A DNA stretch of 64,000 nucleotides from Ylistrum balloti (GCF_031769215.1 NW_026782082.1:1550001-1614000); one strand, 5' to 3'. Positions 1 through 13,234 are shown, counted from the first letter of the stretch. Notes: generated from the sequence alone by a model not told the origin. Program-made: numbers and translations.

Positions 1-742
1 GCACTTACCAACCTGGATTGACCAAGATTTACATTGCCGGAGTTATCGTGAAGCAGAAGGCGCTTGTCCTTTCAGAATACCATGTGTTATTTTCCTTATA
101 CTTTTAGGGCATCTCTGTATAAATCTTTCTTGTGTTCACAATTTTCTCTAGTTTCATTTTATTTGAGTTTGAATTAAATTATGTTATCATGTTGGTGTTT
201 ACTTTGTTGTTTCTCATGACAATGTAACTTAAAATAAAATCGTCTTCATCAAGAAACCAGTGGGTGGTACAATCAATGCAGGTAAATTCAACACTACAAG
301 ACAACATTGACTTTATATACCAGGTTAAACCAGGCAACATTAGGGGCTAAAGGATGTTTCTATACATAGATCAGACAACGCGAAGGTATTTACATCAAAT
401 AGCTTTAACCTAAGCTCGTTCCCAAAGGATACCTCTGTCAATTTTGTTAATGGTAATGAAAGTAATATTGTGTGCCTATCAACGCCATGTTCTTTACATG
501 AGGCATAGTTGGTGAAATTGCTTTGTATGTATTTTGCGCAAAATGCGCCAAATAATTTCAACTAACACTTCACGTAAACATCCTTAAAATAAGAAATGAG
601 AGTAATGTTTCTTGCAGATATAGTAGGATGTAGTTAATTCCTCTGTTGATGTTTGACTTGATTTTGTTCTTGTTCGAAAGCGTTAATTTTGTGTCACCAT
701 TTCGTTGCACCTCAAGTAATGCCCGTTTTTTCTCCATTGCAG

Positions 743-1655
743 GTGATTGCCGTGGTGTCAGTTTTCTTCATCGTGGTTTCTATTCTGTCCTTCTGTCTAA
801 AAACACATCCGGAAATGCGAGTTCCAGTCTTGCGCAACACAACCTCAAATGCGTCAGACGGCAGCTTAACATGGCGCCTGGAAAAACGGAAAACAGAGCC
901 ACACGAAGCGTTCTTCTACATAGAGTGTGCTAGTAATGCATGGTTCACGTTTGAAATTATCATTCGTCTAATAGTTGCTCCGAATAAACTGGATTTCCTC
1001 AAAGCACCGGTGAATATAATAGACATAATAGCCACGCTTTCATTTTATCTCGACTTTTTATTAACAAGTCTAAAACAGGAAAGCGACATTCTGGAATTTT
1101 TTAGTATTATCCGTATAATGCGATTGTGTAAATTGACTAGACACTCGGCTGGCTTGAAAATTCTTATCCACACGTTCAAGGCTAGTGCCAAGGAATTGAT
1201 ACTTTTGATTTTCTTTCTTGTATTGGGAATCGTGATCTTTGCGGCTCTTATATTCTACGCTGAGAGAATCCAATACAATCCTGAAAACGACTTCACCAGT
1301 ATCCCCGTTGGGCTTTGGTGGGCCATTGTCACCATGACAACTGTAGGGTACGGAGACATGGTGCCTAAAACGTATGTCGGCATGTTTGTTGGAGCGCTTT
1401 GCGCCCTCATGGGCGTATTGACAATTGCTCTACCTGTACCCGTCATTGTCAGTAACTTTGCACTCTTCTATTCCCATACGCAAGCGCGCTCTAAATTGCC
1501 GAAAAAGCGAAGACGAGTGTTACCAGTGGAAGCGCCGCGGCCAAAAGGTCCCAAGGCAGCGGGGATGCCCGGGGGGCAGGGACCAACCAATAGGCGCATG
1601 AACGCCATTAAACAGAACCACCCAGGGGCGCTTAACACAAAAATTAGCAGAATAG
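743..1655 (+). CDS. Shaw: Shaw/Kv3 voltage-gated potassium channel, internal exon encoding S1-S6 and the proximal C-terminus (upstream T1-domain exons are outside the window)
   Basis: ORF 689-1669 has S1 [24 protein letters not shown]4 [16 protein letters not shown], selectivity filter TVGYGD (1340-1357) and S6 PVPVIVSNF, all typical of the Shaw/KCNC subfamily. Acceptor ccattgcag|GTG at 742/743 (phase 0); donor ATAG|gtaagt at 1655/1656 (phase 1). Confidence 0.96.
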
Positions 1656-4600
1656 GTAAGTATACTTAGATGCAAAGCGTTTGATAAAAATTTGAAATTA
1701 TTCATAGTTGATATTTGATTTATTTTGTTATGGTAGAAAAAATATTTTATATTAGGAAAATTATGCATTTCAATATAGAAGAATATTTATACAGAAAATG
1801 AAAGCTTGCTCTTCGAAGGAATTGACTATTGCGTTCCGTTTGTTTGCATATATTATATTGAATGATGTTAATATTAACTTATCGCCATGTGTTGTTGATA
1901 TGGTAAGTCAGACTTGTAATCATTGCTGAGCACTAACAGTATGTATGTGCTTATTTGCAAGTAAGTTAAACATCTAAGTCAGTAAATATCTTGAGATTGA
2001 TGATCTGCGTCAGTGCGCTGAGCATCTGTTGTAGAAAACAATGTTTATGTCATATACACATATATATACAGTATTGTAAATTAGATTATTTACTTTGTAA
2101 ACAAAATATTTACAAAATGATACGTAGTATGTTTGTTAATGAAAATATCTGTTATCTTAGTCTGTGATAGGTAGTGTTAATCACTGCAAAGTATATCTAC
2201 ACTGTAGCAATATGTTTGACGGCACAGAATCCAGCATCTTAAGCACAGATTGTCTTATTTCTATATATCCGTCTATAGCTCGGCCGTTGTGAACGCCGTA
2301 TTTGGTTTGATTTATGTATATATATATATATAGATATATTATGTATACGAATATATTATGTAAATATATAGCATTTCCACCGATTGCATGTAGAAATTTA
2401 CACGAAATTGTATTTTTTTTCAGAAATCATAAAATCACATTTGCGACCATTTCATTGCTCTTTTGTTCATCACATCCATCTTGAATTGTCATACCAGCAT
2501 AAGAGATCAGTCTTTTCACAACATTTTTATAGGATTCATATCTTATATTTTATCATGTGAAAACAACATCAAAACATATGACGTGTTCATATGTTGGTAA
2601 CAAGCGGCGCGTCGAAGCTCATCTGTTCAGTACAGACCGAGGAATCACTTCAAACATTCATGTGCTTGAAATTTACATTACTTCCGGTATTCAGTGCGCA
2701 TCCTCAGAACCCTTGATGTTGATGTAGATATAGAGCAAATTTTTATCTTTATTGCTATACGTTCCTGTTTATTTAGCAGAGTCAGGCGAGTTTTCTGTAT
2801 TAAATTTGTAAATTTATCTGTGACATTTATTATTTATTTGCAATGAAAATTTGGGCTTTCTAAATCAACTTTTGACATTTGAAATATTTTTTTTTCTGAT
2901 TTATCAAATTATTTCAAATGTCAAAATATCAGAGGATTCTTAAACGTTTGCTTGGTATTAAACACATACACGTTGTGATTGGAGCAAGGTTTAAGATACA
3001 AATTCGTTCAAGAATGTTTATCCAAAAAGTATATCTATGGTGTATAACTTTATTGAATTATAAAGATATAGTATAATTCATGTTATGGAAAATAAAGCTC
3101 AGAAAATTATCCTTCGAGAAAATTCAAGATTTTCTGCAGACGAGTAAATTGTTTTTGTTTTGGTCAATACTGATTAAACCTGTCACGCCATTTGTTAGTG
3201 TGTAGATAGGGTGTGATGGTTAGTAACTATTGTTATGTCCTGCTGGACGTTATCAGTTTATTGTTAATTTAATTAATTAATTAAATAAGGATAATTTTAC
3301 ACTGATACAATAAGCATATTTTCACTTCCGGTCATTTGTATGTAAGGATATAAAAATTGATTGTCAATACAGAAAACTCTGCCAGGCGACGTTTTGTTGC
3401 AAATACATGTTGTTGGATAATGTAAATCACTCTTACTTTTTCCCTTAAGCCCAAGGGGGTGCTATCCAGGAAATGTTTCCTTTCCGTAGTAAGTTATCTT
3501 TATGTGTAGCGCATGTGCACTAGAGGTAGTCAAAGGCAACATGCTATGTATGTTCATGGGTACATGTGTATATTAGATGTGATGGAGGCAGGTTGCCATG
3601 GAAACACGTTTTGTATTTAACACCACCCTCACCACGGAATCCGTGCACTTCCCAATCTTGTATCTTATAATATATAGTACTGATAGATACGCCTTATGAC
3701 CAGTTATACGCTTCCGTTGGCGCATGTGCTATGTTCGTTTCCGCAGTAGTGAGGACAAAATAGTAGATGAACGTACAAATGTACCTCACATTCTAGTTAC
3801 CGCGCATGCTCCTGTAATCTCGCCTTGTGTTTGTCGAAAGAAAGGAGCTGGCATGAAATAACGTCACTTTGCCCTGATTGTGTGTATACCTTTTCTGTAG
3901 AACTGGAGAGTAGATTTCCTCACCTTTATCGCCTATGCATCATCATTCTTATATAGTCACATTATCCATCTTGTTTTGTCTCATATAACAGTGTCTCATC
4001 TTCACCTTCTCATCGCTTCATGACGTCACCATTACGTCATATGCTCCTCACAAAGGCAGCTTGTAGAATGCATATAGAGCGGACTGAAAGAAGACGGGAT
4101 ACTCTTTATGGTGTAAATTCCATACAAAGTAGTTTCTGTAATCAGACCATGCAGATTTAATCATTTTCTTGTTGAGCTCTATTGTATCAACTGAAGAGAA
4201 TTTGCTGACGACCTGTTTGATCTTGCTATGAAGCTTTTCTTAATTATTCAAAACGATGACAGAGAAGCAACAAAGTTATTTTTAATGTTTATTGTATCAG
4301 TTATGTATTTGTCCATTCACAATTCCTGACTGAAATCCCTTATGTAAATCCAGGATTAAACCTCTAACGTTTATCTTGTGCTCACAATGAAAGAAATAAT
4401 TAGATAATTTCTTAATCTGTTATAATAATTTTGTAAATTTATTTCGTAACCGTTGTTGGAAAAAAACGTACACATTATCAGAAAAAAAGGGAATGCAATG
4501 ACTTAGAAATCAATGATGTGTTTATATCAAGCTTACACAGATTGATAAGTAGTTGTTTTCTCCAACTATCTATATCTAGACACGAATACTGCAAGTGTAA

Positions 4601-4983
4601 CGTAACCCAGCAACACGCCAGCTACAGGGATCAATACCCCTGTAAAGGTAGTTTTATGTTAATTATTTTGAGCAATCAAACGCGCGCTATCAATACCCTG
4701 CGACAGAGGTATCGATTGTGGGCTGGGCGTCAAACATGGCGTGCTTCAGGTTTGTTAAGCGGCCAAAATCGTGATGATCGGGAATGGTAAGGGCCAAACT
4801 ATGGTACATCGGCAAAGTTCGCGGACCTCCCAGTGGAGCATGCGCAGTCAATGTCAACCATGTATCTTTTTGTATACTAAAATAGGTACATTTTTTTCGT
4901 AACATCAAAGTTATGCCGTTTTTGAGTATTAATGATTACTATTGACAGACGTGTTCGGGGGGGGGGGGGGGGATGGGGGGACA

Positions 4984-5080
4984 GGAAGTGACACTTAACA
5001 GGTGCAGGGGGAGAGGATGACCGGAAGTGACACTAAACAGGTGCAGGGGGAGGGGATGACCGGAAGTGACACTATACAGG
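4984..5080. repeat. 39-bp tandem repeat, about 2.5 copies, next to a G16 run (4957-4972)
   Basis: ggaagtgacact recurs at 4984, 5023 and 5062. Confidence 0.9.
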
Positions 5081-5224
5081 ATACACGATGATAGGTAGAT
5101 ACAGAGGAGTAGGTATAATATCGGATAAGGTTGATATAATGGAGAATTAGATAGACATATTAGTTCTGATATGATAAATGAACAGGTTAGAGTTACAACA
5201 GCATGATTAATTAAATATACAGGT

Positions 5225-5560
5225 AGGTGTGATAAAGGATACGGTGGCATGAAAATAAACAGGTTGGTGAGACAAAGGATTAAGTGGCATGATAAATGAA
5301 TAGGAAGGTTTGATAAAGGATTAAGTGGCATGATAAATAAATAGGAAGGTTTGATAAAGGATTAAGTGGCATGATAAATAAATAGGAAGGTTTGATAAAG
5401 GATTAAGTGGCATGATAAATAAATAGGAAGGTTTGATAAAGGATTAAGTGGCATGATAAATAGATAGGTAGGTGTGATAAAGGAATAGGTGGCATGAAAA
5501 ATAAAAAGGAAGGTTTGATAAAGGAATAGGTGGCATTACAAATTAACAAGTAGGTGTGAT
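5225..5560. repeat. 41-bp minisatellite (gataaaggattaagtggcatgataaataaataggaaggttt), about 7-8 copies with degenerate edges
   Basis: Direct inspection; 41-bp period across 5300-5460. Confidence 0.92.
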
Positions 5561-6819
5561 AAAGGATTAGATGGAATGCTAAATAAACAGGTAGGTGGAA
5601 TTTAAGGCTAATTATGTAAGATAACGAAAAGGTACATGTAGATATGATAAAAAAGGAAGTATGATAAAGTTTTGTGTGTGGATGAAAGTTAGGATTAGGC
5701 AGGTAATAAATAAAATAGATGTAATAAAGGATTGGGTTGATGTGATTAAGGAAAACAAGGGTATGACAGACGAGTGTACTGATATTATAAAGATTAAGGA
5801 TAAAGGTATACAGATGTAAACTGAAGTATTAGGAAGCAATGATAAAGGGCTAGGTTGGTAGGATGACGGTACAAAATAGGATACGTGAGGTCCGATAAAT
5901 GACTGGAAAGGTTTGTGTCCGAATCATTTATGTATGGCAAATAAAGTCATTACGTTCATTTTGTTTTAGAACATAAATAACAAAAATGTCTTGATGATTT
6001 CATCAGGATTACGAGCTGAAATTAAAAAAAGTGATAGTTTTCTATCTAATATTTATAGATAAGTTATAGAAATATACACCAAGCGGTATGTTGATGTGTC
6101 CGTCAAAGTGTTATATATGAAGATTGGACTAGGCTGTTGGAATCGGTTCAAAACATCCATTTACGCGATGGATACACCACATCAATTATATAGACATATC
6201 ATCTTCATTAACACAGGATGGCCACGTGATTGTCGCTGTCTCGTTCTTATTTCCATAACAAGAGACACACCATTTATTAATTATCAGATGCTGGATAATA
6301 CTGGTGAAATGTTACAGAAATCAGTCTAGAAGTTCATCACACCGCTAACCTTTTTACTTGAGGTTCATTGTATCGTTAATGTAACAGATACATTGACAGG
6401 CAAAGTGAAGAAATGTGAATTTCTAAAACTGATCAATTTCTTTACTGATGTTTCTGCATAATGAACATTTTACGTATTGGTTACAGCGTTTATGACAATG
6501 ACAACTAAAAGAAAATTATTTTCTTTTTGCCGTGAAAAAATTCAAATTATTTTTATTGGTAGTTTATAAACAAATTGACGTGTTTTAACCTTGTCGACAG
6601 ATCAATAAAAATTGCCATTTGCGGCAGTATTAGCATGATAAAAAAACCCCACTGCGGTGTATTTTCCATCATGAATTCTATTACCTAATAGTCATCGATG
6701 AGTTTGCATTCATAAGCAAGTAATTTGACATAGTGCCCATTGAAAACGAGGCGCAGTTATTATAACCATGTAATAGTTCCCATGGCATGTCGAGGTGAGT
6801 AAGTCAGGTCATTCAGTCG

Positions 6820-7615
6820 AAGGCAATGAGGGCTAGTCGAGGTCTATGAGGGCTGGTCGAGGGTAATTAGGCTAGTCGAGGACTCTGAGGGCCAGTCGAG
6901 AGCTATGAGGGCCAATCGAGGACTATAATGGCCAGTCGAGGGCAATGAGGGCTAGTCGAGGGCTATAAGGGCCAGTCGAGGGCAATGAGGCTAGTCGAGG
7001 GCTATTAGGGCCAGTCGAGGGCTATAAGGGCCAATCGAGGACTATAAGGGCCAGTCGAGGGCAATGAGGGCTAGTCGAGAGCTATGAGGGTCAGTCGAGG
7101 GATATGATGGCTACTGAAGGGCTGAGGGCTAGTCGAGGGCTATGAGGGCTGGTCGAGGGCTATGAGGCTAGTCGAGAGCTAAGAGGGCCAGTCGAGGGCT
7201 ATGAGGGCCAATCGAGGACTATAATGGCCAGTCGAGGGCAATGAGGGCTAGTCGAGAGCAATGAGGGCCAGTCGAGGGATATGAGGGCTAGGCAAGGGCT
7301 TAGGGCTAGCCGAGGGCTATGAGGTCTAGTCGAGAGCTATGAGGGCCATTCGAGGAATATGAGGGCTAATCAAGGGCTTAGGGCTAGTCGAGGGCTGTGA
7401 GGGCTAGTCCAGGGCTATAAGGTTCAGTCAAGTGCAATGAGGCTAGTCGAGGGCTATGAGGAACAGTCGAGGGCTATGAGGGCAAATCGAGGACTATAAG
7501 GTCCAGTCGAGGGCTATGAGGGCTAGTCAAGGGCTTAGGGCTAGTCGAGGGCTATGAGGGCTGGTCGAGGACTATGAGGGCCAATCGAGGGCTATTAGGG
7601 CTAGTCGAGGTCGAT
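6820..7615. repeat. About 20-bp minisatellite (agtcgagggctatgagggcy), about 40 copies
   Basis: Direct inspection; 19-20 bp variant units throughout. Confidence 0.95.
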
Positions 7616-10600
7616 GACTTTGTCAGCAATTTTAACTTTTACTTCGTATATCATTGATATGTTTGGTGTAAATGTTATATTGACTCAAAATAGTTAGATT
7701 GATCAATAAAATGGCATGTTGCAAATGAACCTAAATAGAAAACACGTATCACATATACAGATCGTTTTTGTTATGTAGTGAATATTAGATATCAAAGGAT
7801 CCGGCTTAGTATCAAAATACCACGGAGTTCTATTACAAAGGGTGTTAAATGTCTGAAATATCATATCATTAACGTGGCTAAGTGGCGAAGTGGTAACACA
7901 CTTCTCTTTCGCCAAGGCAAGCACAGTTCGATACCTCGATTGGACATGGAAAGGTATGGGGTCTGGTGCCCTCCCACAGTAAGACACCTCGTGCGCTTAC
8001 ATCCAGGCCAACAATAGTTATTTATATTAACCAGTAGTTTCTTTCGTAATTTTTGTGAAATAAAGGTTATAGGTATATCTCAGTTGAAAGCACGCGATAA
8101 TAAATTGTTCTCATTTTCATTTTGTTTTTCTGGAAGAACTAAAACTTTTCAGCATGTTTGATTTAAAATGGCAAAAGGTTATTTCTTGAATTACTGGAAT
8201 GGCTACATCGAATTGGTGAAGGTTAACAATTTTAGCTGTCATGAAAGTTCAAGTCTTTGGCCTGACGCAACTTCTGCTGTCTAGAAGTCGTTTTATGCCG
8301 CCCCACAACATTTTAAACAAGACAGTTTATCCAGGTCATGTTCCCAAGGAATTCATCACAAAATAATGTTTAAAGTTAATATAGAAAGCTTCTGTCCTAA
8401 CTTAATGCCTTTTAAAACTAATTGGATGAATTTTCTGCTGGTTATAACATAATACAGTATGGAAGAGTAATAAACTAAGGATTACATCGCTAAAAACAAC
8501 TATGTCTTCAGTTCAGATGATACAATTCTATCCTCACTAAGTAAAGAATGTCTCAAGAGAACAGGGATTCTTAGTTTTATGAACGAAGGAAGGAAAAAAG
8601 TTCAGTTCCCGTAGACAAATTATTATCTCATAAATGGCGATCGTTTATTGTCGTTATTATATTTGCCTCTAACTGCTTCTCAATTTCGACCCGGTCAGTC
8701 TTTGTTGTTCTCTCCTGTACTCAATTCAAACTTAAAGGAAACATTGCAAATTGTTATATTATATATATGTTCAAATATAAAAGTCGAATTCTCAGTGTCC
8801 GGTGAACTATATGAGAATAACTAATTCTTAATTAATAAATTGATTAAGCATCATGAAGATTCAGGAATGAAAGCGCTAATACTTAATTCGACGTGCTGTT
8901 TTAAGTCATTGTAATATATATTTATATATATGTATCATAAAGAACTTTTGAGCGATAATGGCCCTGTGGACCTGTTGTTTTGATAAAGTTCTGTAATAAA
9001 CCTGAAATGCGCATTAAAACGTATGAACGATTTTACTATGTTTTTCCTCTTCGCCATTCGTTTCTATTACTTTTGAAATCGTTATGATCGGTTTAAATGT
9101 ATGATGATATTAAATGTATGAAATGTCGAAATCTTTTTATGTGTTACGGTCTTGATCAATACGTCTAAGTCACATGTGTAAGTACAAATATGTATTTTTA
9201 ATGTCTGAAAATATCTAAATCTTTTTGTGTCAGTATTTTTTCCTGGTTGCGTTTTAAATACACAAGTATATCGATAATAATTATACCTATTGAATTAAAG
9301 ATAACGTTTCTCCTGATTGACATTCTCAACTTAGGAAACACTAGACATGTAATGTTGGTTTGGTATGTCTATCGTCCTCAGTCAGTACGGCCAGCTAACA
9401 AATTCCATTGCTCTTATCAAATGTATTCAAAACAATTCGTGCGTTTCACTATTATAACTGGAAACGAAATGTGTGCGTTCCGCTATTATTCATGCTTCCG
9501 TCTTTTCTACAGGCCCGTATCATTATGGATACTTATTAGGTATAGTATGATGGGTAATGTTCTCCATTTTGTAATGCAGGAACATTCATTACGAGGCAAA
9601 TCACGCAGAGTAACGATGGCCCGAGATTTGGCGAGGCGGTGTTGCTTGTCATGGCACGCTACAAACCATTGCCTTGTAACTTCCCAAATATTGATTTAAC
9701 CATATGAAATACATTTCTGAATTACAGAAAATCGATAATCATATCAAAAGAGCTTCACCGCCATCTTGTTATTTGAAGTGGCCGTGTCGTATTTATTTGA
9801 TAAAGATCGGCCTTAAGTACATTTAACGATGTACAGATCTATGGTATTTATTGGGCTGTCTACATTGCGTCAAGTCTCGTCGCCATTGGCCTCAGCAGTG
9901 ATCTTTTAAGACAATAACATTCGATTCTGTACTAGAAATACGATTCTTTGTTTGTTTATATCTCAAGTTTCCCTATAATATATTTACTCGGAATTCTTGT
10001 TCTTTTATAACTTGACTTGGGCATGTCTTGTGGGGTATCGTGTTCGTCTGGGGAAAGCATTGATGGATTTTCTAGATGATGACTCTGCTCATCTATGCAT
10101 CGAGTTCTTTGAATGGATTTTCTGGTCTGAAGATTATTTCCATCGACTTTCCCTCATAACTTTTTCATCTTCTATTTCTCATCTCGATATGTGTTCGTCT
10201 CATATGCAGCATGGCAAGGTAAACTCTGATATGACGAACAAGTCCTTACACCAGAAAAAGGATAGGAAACGATAGGATTGATAATACTTTAGATTCATGT
10301 TTAAATAACGTATTTTAAAGGTTTTAGGTAATTTTGACTCTAAATTGTCATTAGGAAAACCTGACCTATATATTCCAGAGCCAATACTAAAATGTATCTG
10401 CATGGAATTACAGTAGGTAAACGTTGTTAAATAAGTAACTTCCGGTAGTTAACTGTTTAACTTTTATGAAGTATATGCAGTTAACTTCCGTATAAGTAGG
10501 TTATATATAAACTGCCAGAAGTTAGTCATTTTTTCAACTTTCGTGAAATATATCAAGGTAGTTTCCTTAGTAACAATGAAATATGTTCATTTATGTGTTT

Positions 10601-12009
10601 GTTAAAATGTTATTGATCTGTTTTACTGGCATTGTGTTAAGGTAGTCAGTTCATCAACTTTGCAATGAAGAATGTTAAGTTCATTCTCCTTAGATTACTT
10701 TTTAACGTGCAGTGAAGTATATGGAGTTGAGTATGATTTAAAAAGCTCTTTTTAACTTCCATATATGAATTAGTGTATGTGAAGTAAAGAAAGAGTAAGA
10801 CGTCAGTTAACTATTTAACATTAAGTGACATATATAACATAATTAATAATTAATCTTTAGCTGACTTTTTCGGTTTCAGTGACATATGTGAAGTTAAGAT
10901 TTTGTTAGTTAATCGTTTAATGTTTTAACCATCAAGTTATTTATACGTGGTATATAACCTTTCAGACCTGATATAAAACAAACTTCGAAGCATTTGATTA
11001 TAAAAATGTGTTACAATAGGTTATACAGTTTGGCATAAACAATGCAATATCATCATTATTAATTCAATTCTATGTAATTAGCATTATTATGTTGAGGATA
11101 CCTAAGTCTCGTCATCAGTAATATCTTGATACTAGTATCGGTTCACGTTACCATATTTGAACGGGAACGGAATGTCAGCAAATACAATCTTCTAGAGGTC
11201 GTTTTATTGTGGGTTTCCCTACCTTTTGACATTGTATCAATTGTTTCTACTGTTTTTACTTTTTTGACTTTGCCATAAGACTCATCGACATACTTGATCT
11301 AAAAAAGCGTTTTCTTTGTATCGCAAATGTTTCTTCATACTTAATTCTTGGCTAAACCTTCCGCAGCCTTTAGCAGTGTCACTATCACTATTTCTAATTA
11401 CACACGATTGTATACTAGGCTTCGCTACTTTCACTTTCACTTCACATAGTGCGTTTTTCATGTGTTTTCATGTTTCCTTTTGAAAACCATAGCAACGTTT
11501 TCAGATTGGTGATCAATTTACATGAAATAAAGTCTTACTACTGTTTTTGAGGTATTCTATTGATTTAACAAATATATCATTAGAAATAATAAAATTGATA
11601 AGAGTTTAGATAGCATGATAATGTTAAGTGCAACTGATGATAACATGATTATTCACTCTCAAGAATTGCAGAATACATACGGAATCATTTTATGTAGCTG
11701 TTTTATTTTTTATTATTCTAATTGATAAAATAAATGCAATGTTTTCGTTTTATTGACTAAAATAACAAAAAGGGAGTCTACCGTTGTTGCTAACCTTGTT
11801 TGTATTGTGCAATGCCGTGTGTTTTAGACATCTTTCTTGATCGTAATTCCAAACATAGATATAGGATGATATTTTCCAAATGTAAATGTTTGGAACAAGC
11901 TTCAAATTATTGAAATCGTGAATTACTTTGCCGGATGAGTTGATTCAAGGGGTGAAGGCACCTTTCCATCCATATCTCAACATCTAGATTCCGATACTTC
12001 TGGCCCCTA

Positions 12010-12053
12010 GCATCACTGACGAATCATAGAAGAACAAATCAGCTGTATGCTGC
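12010..12053 (+). ncRNA. Degenerate, probably inactive, type I hammerhead ribozyme motif
   Basis: gcatca-CTGACGA-atcat aga agaac-AAAT-CAGCTG-TA-tgctgc aligns without gaps to the intact motif at 23365-23408. Helix II and the GAAA box are mutated. Confidence 0.6.
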
Positions 12054-13234
12054 AACTTGATATATAACTTAGAATATACTGTATAAGATGAAATGTGTGC
12101 TCTTTTGTACAATCTTATTCATAGTAACAATAGAGTATATACAATTTGTGAAACTCGACATGAATAATCTCTCTGACTGTAGGGTAGGAATTTTATCACA
12201 AAAGTTTATAGTCTGGAGTACTTTATGTGAGAGGAAAACATCATCATCATTGTCTTTTTCATCTCCTGACTTGCTCTAACAGTGTTTGAACGTAAATGCA
12301 TTTTGGTGTTTTTCTAAGACCTATATAACGTATGTATTCACATTGTATTTGTTTATTAACCACGATCAGACCCATTGATCATCTACAACGTGATAATAAC
12401 CCCTGTTTCTTATATAACGCCCAATGAGCATTCTGACCAGTCAGCAGACCTCGCGTATCAGGGTTAAAGTAATGAAGAAGACCAATCAGAACTTGTGCTT
12501 GAATCAAACAATGTATTAAAAATGTATTATAATCATTATCCCTTATCGTTTTACCATGATAAACATAACATTTACACACATTACAGTAAAAATAAATATT
12601 TGAAGCTCGATATAGAAAAAAAATAATATATTCTGGGTCTACATAACTCTACATAATTCAAGGACCACGTGATAACGTGAAAGCGTGAACAAAGATTATA
12701 TTGCTTTAGCTGAATTTGGGTAAGTTAAGAAAACAAAAGATATAAATAAATTTATCTCTGATATACAAAGAATGCAGATGACTTGGAAAACCAGAAAAAA
12801 GAAGAAAGAAACAGGATAGTAAATCTGAAAATAATACAAGGAAAAATTAGTATAATATGTTCTCTACTTGAATATTTTCGCGGCTGAAATGAGAAGATGA
12901 AAAATGTGATTTGAGAGGGTGGAAGAAGATGATTAAAACAAATAATAAAAAACATCTGCAGTGTCATTTCGCTACAAAGATAACATTCATAATTCAATCA
13001 GAATATTTTAAACTAATTCGTTCAATATCTTTGCAAAATATAACTGTGGTCTTCATTGTTGATGGTCTGTTAATCAGTTTTCAAGACAGAAAATAACGTA
13101 TAGAATATATAAAAATGCCAAGCATTTTGATTGGTCAGATAAATCTGTTGTACTCGTTGTGATTGGTCAGTTTGCCCGTGCATGGTGACCGTGCTTTGTG
13201 CGCTAACACTGTTGTTTTTTGTTTTGTTGTTCAG

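Noticed and set aside
743-1655. Intronic sequence complementary to the Kv3 exon (A-to-I editing site complement)
   Set aside because: Looked for by eye near S5-S6 and none was found; a computed search would be needed to exclude it.
2780-2785. Possible 6-nt Kv3 microexon (ttagcag|AGTCAG|gcgagt)
   Set aside because: It needs a GC donor, and such short matches are expected by chance; not supportable without reads.
4939-5331. 130-aa minus-strand ORF
   Set aside because: Derived from the poly-G run and the 39-bp and 41-bp repeats.
9247-9699. 150-aa plus-strand ORF as an independent gene
   Set aside because: Starts at TTG, has no recognisable domain and has AT-rich intron-like composition over most of its length.
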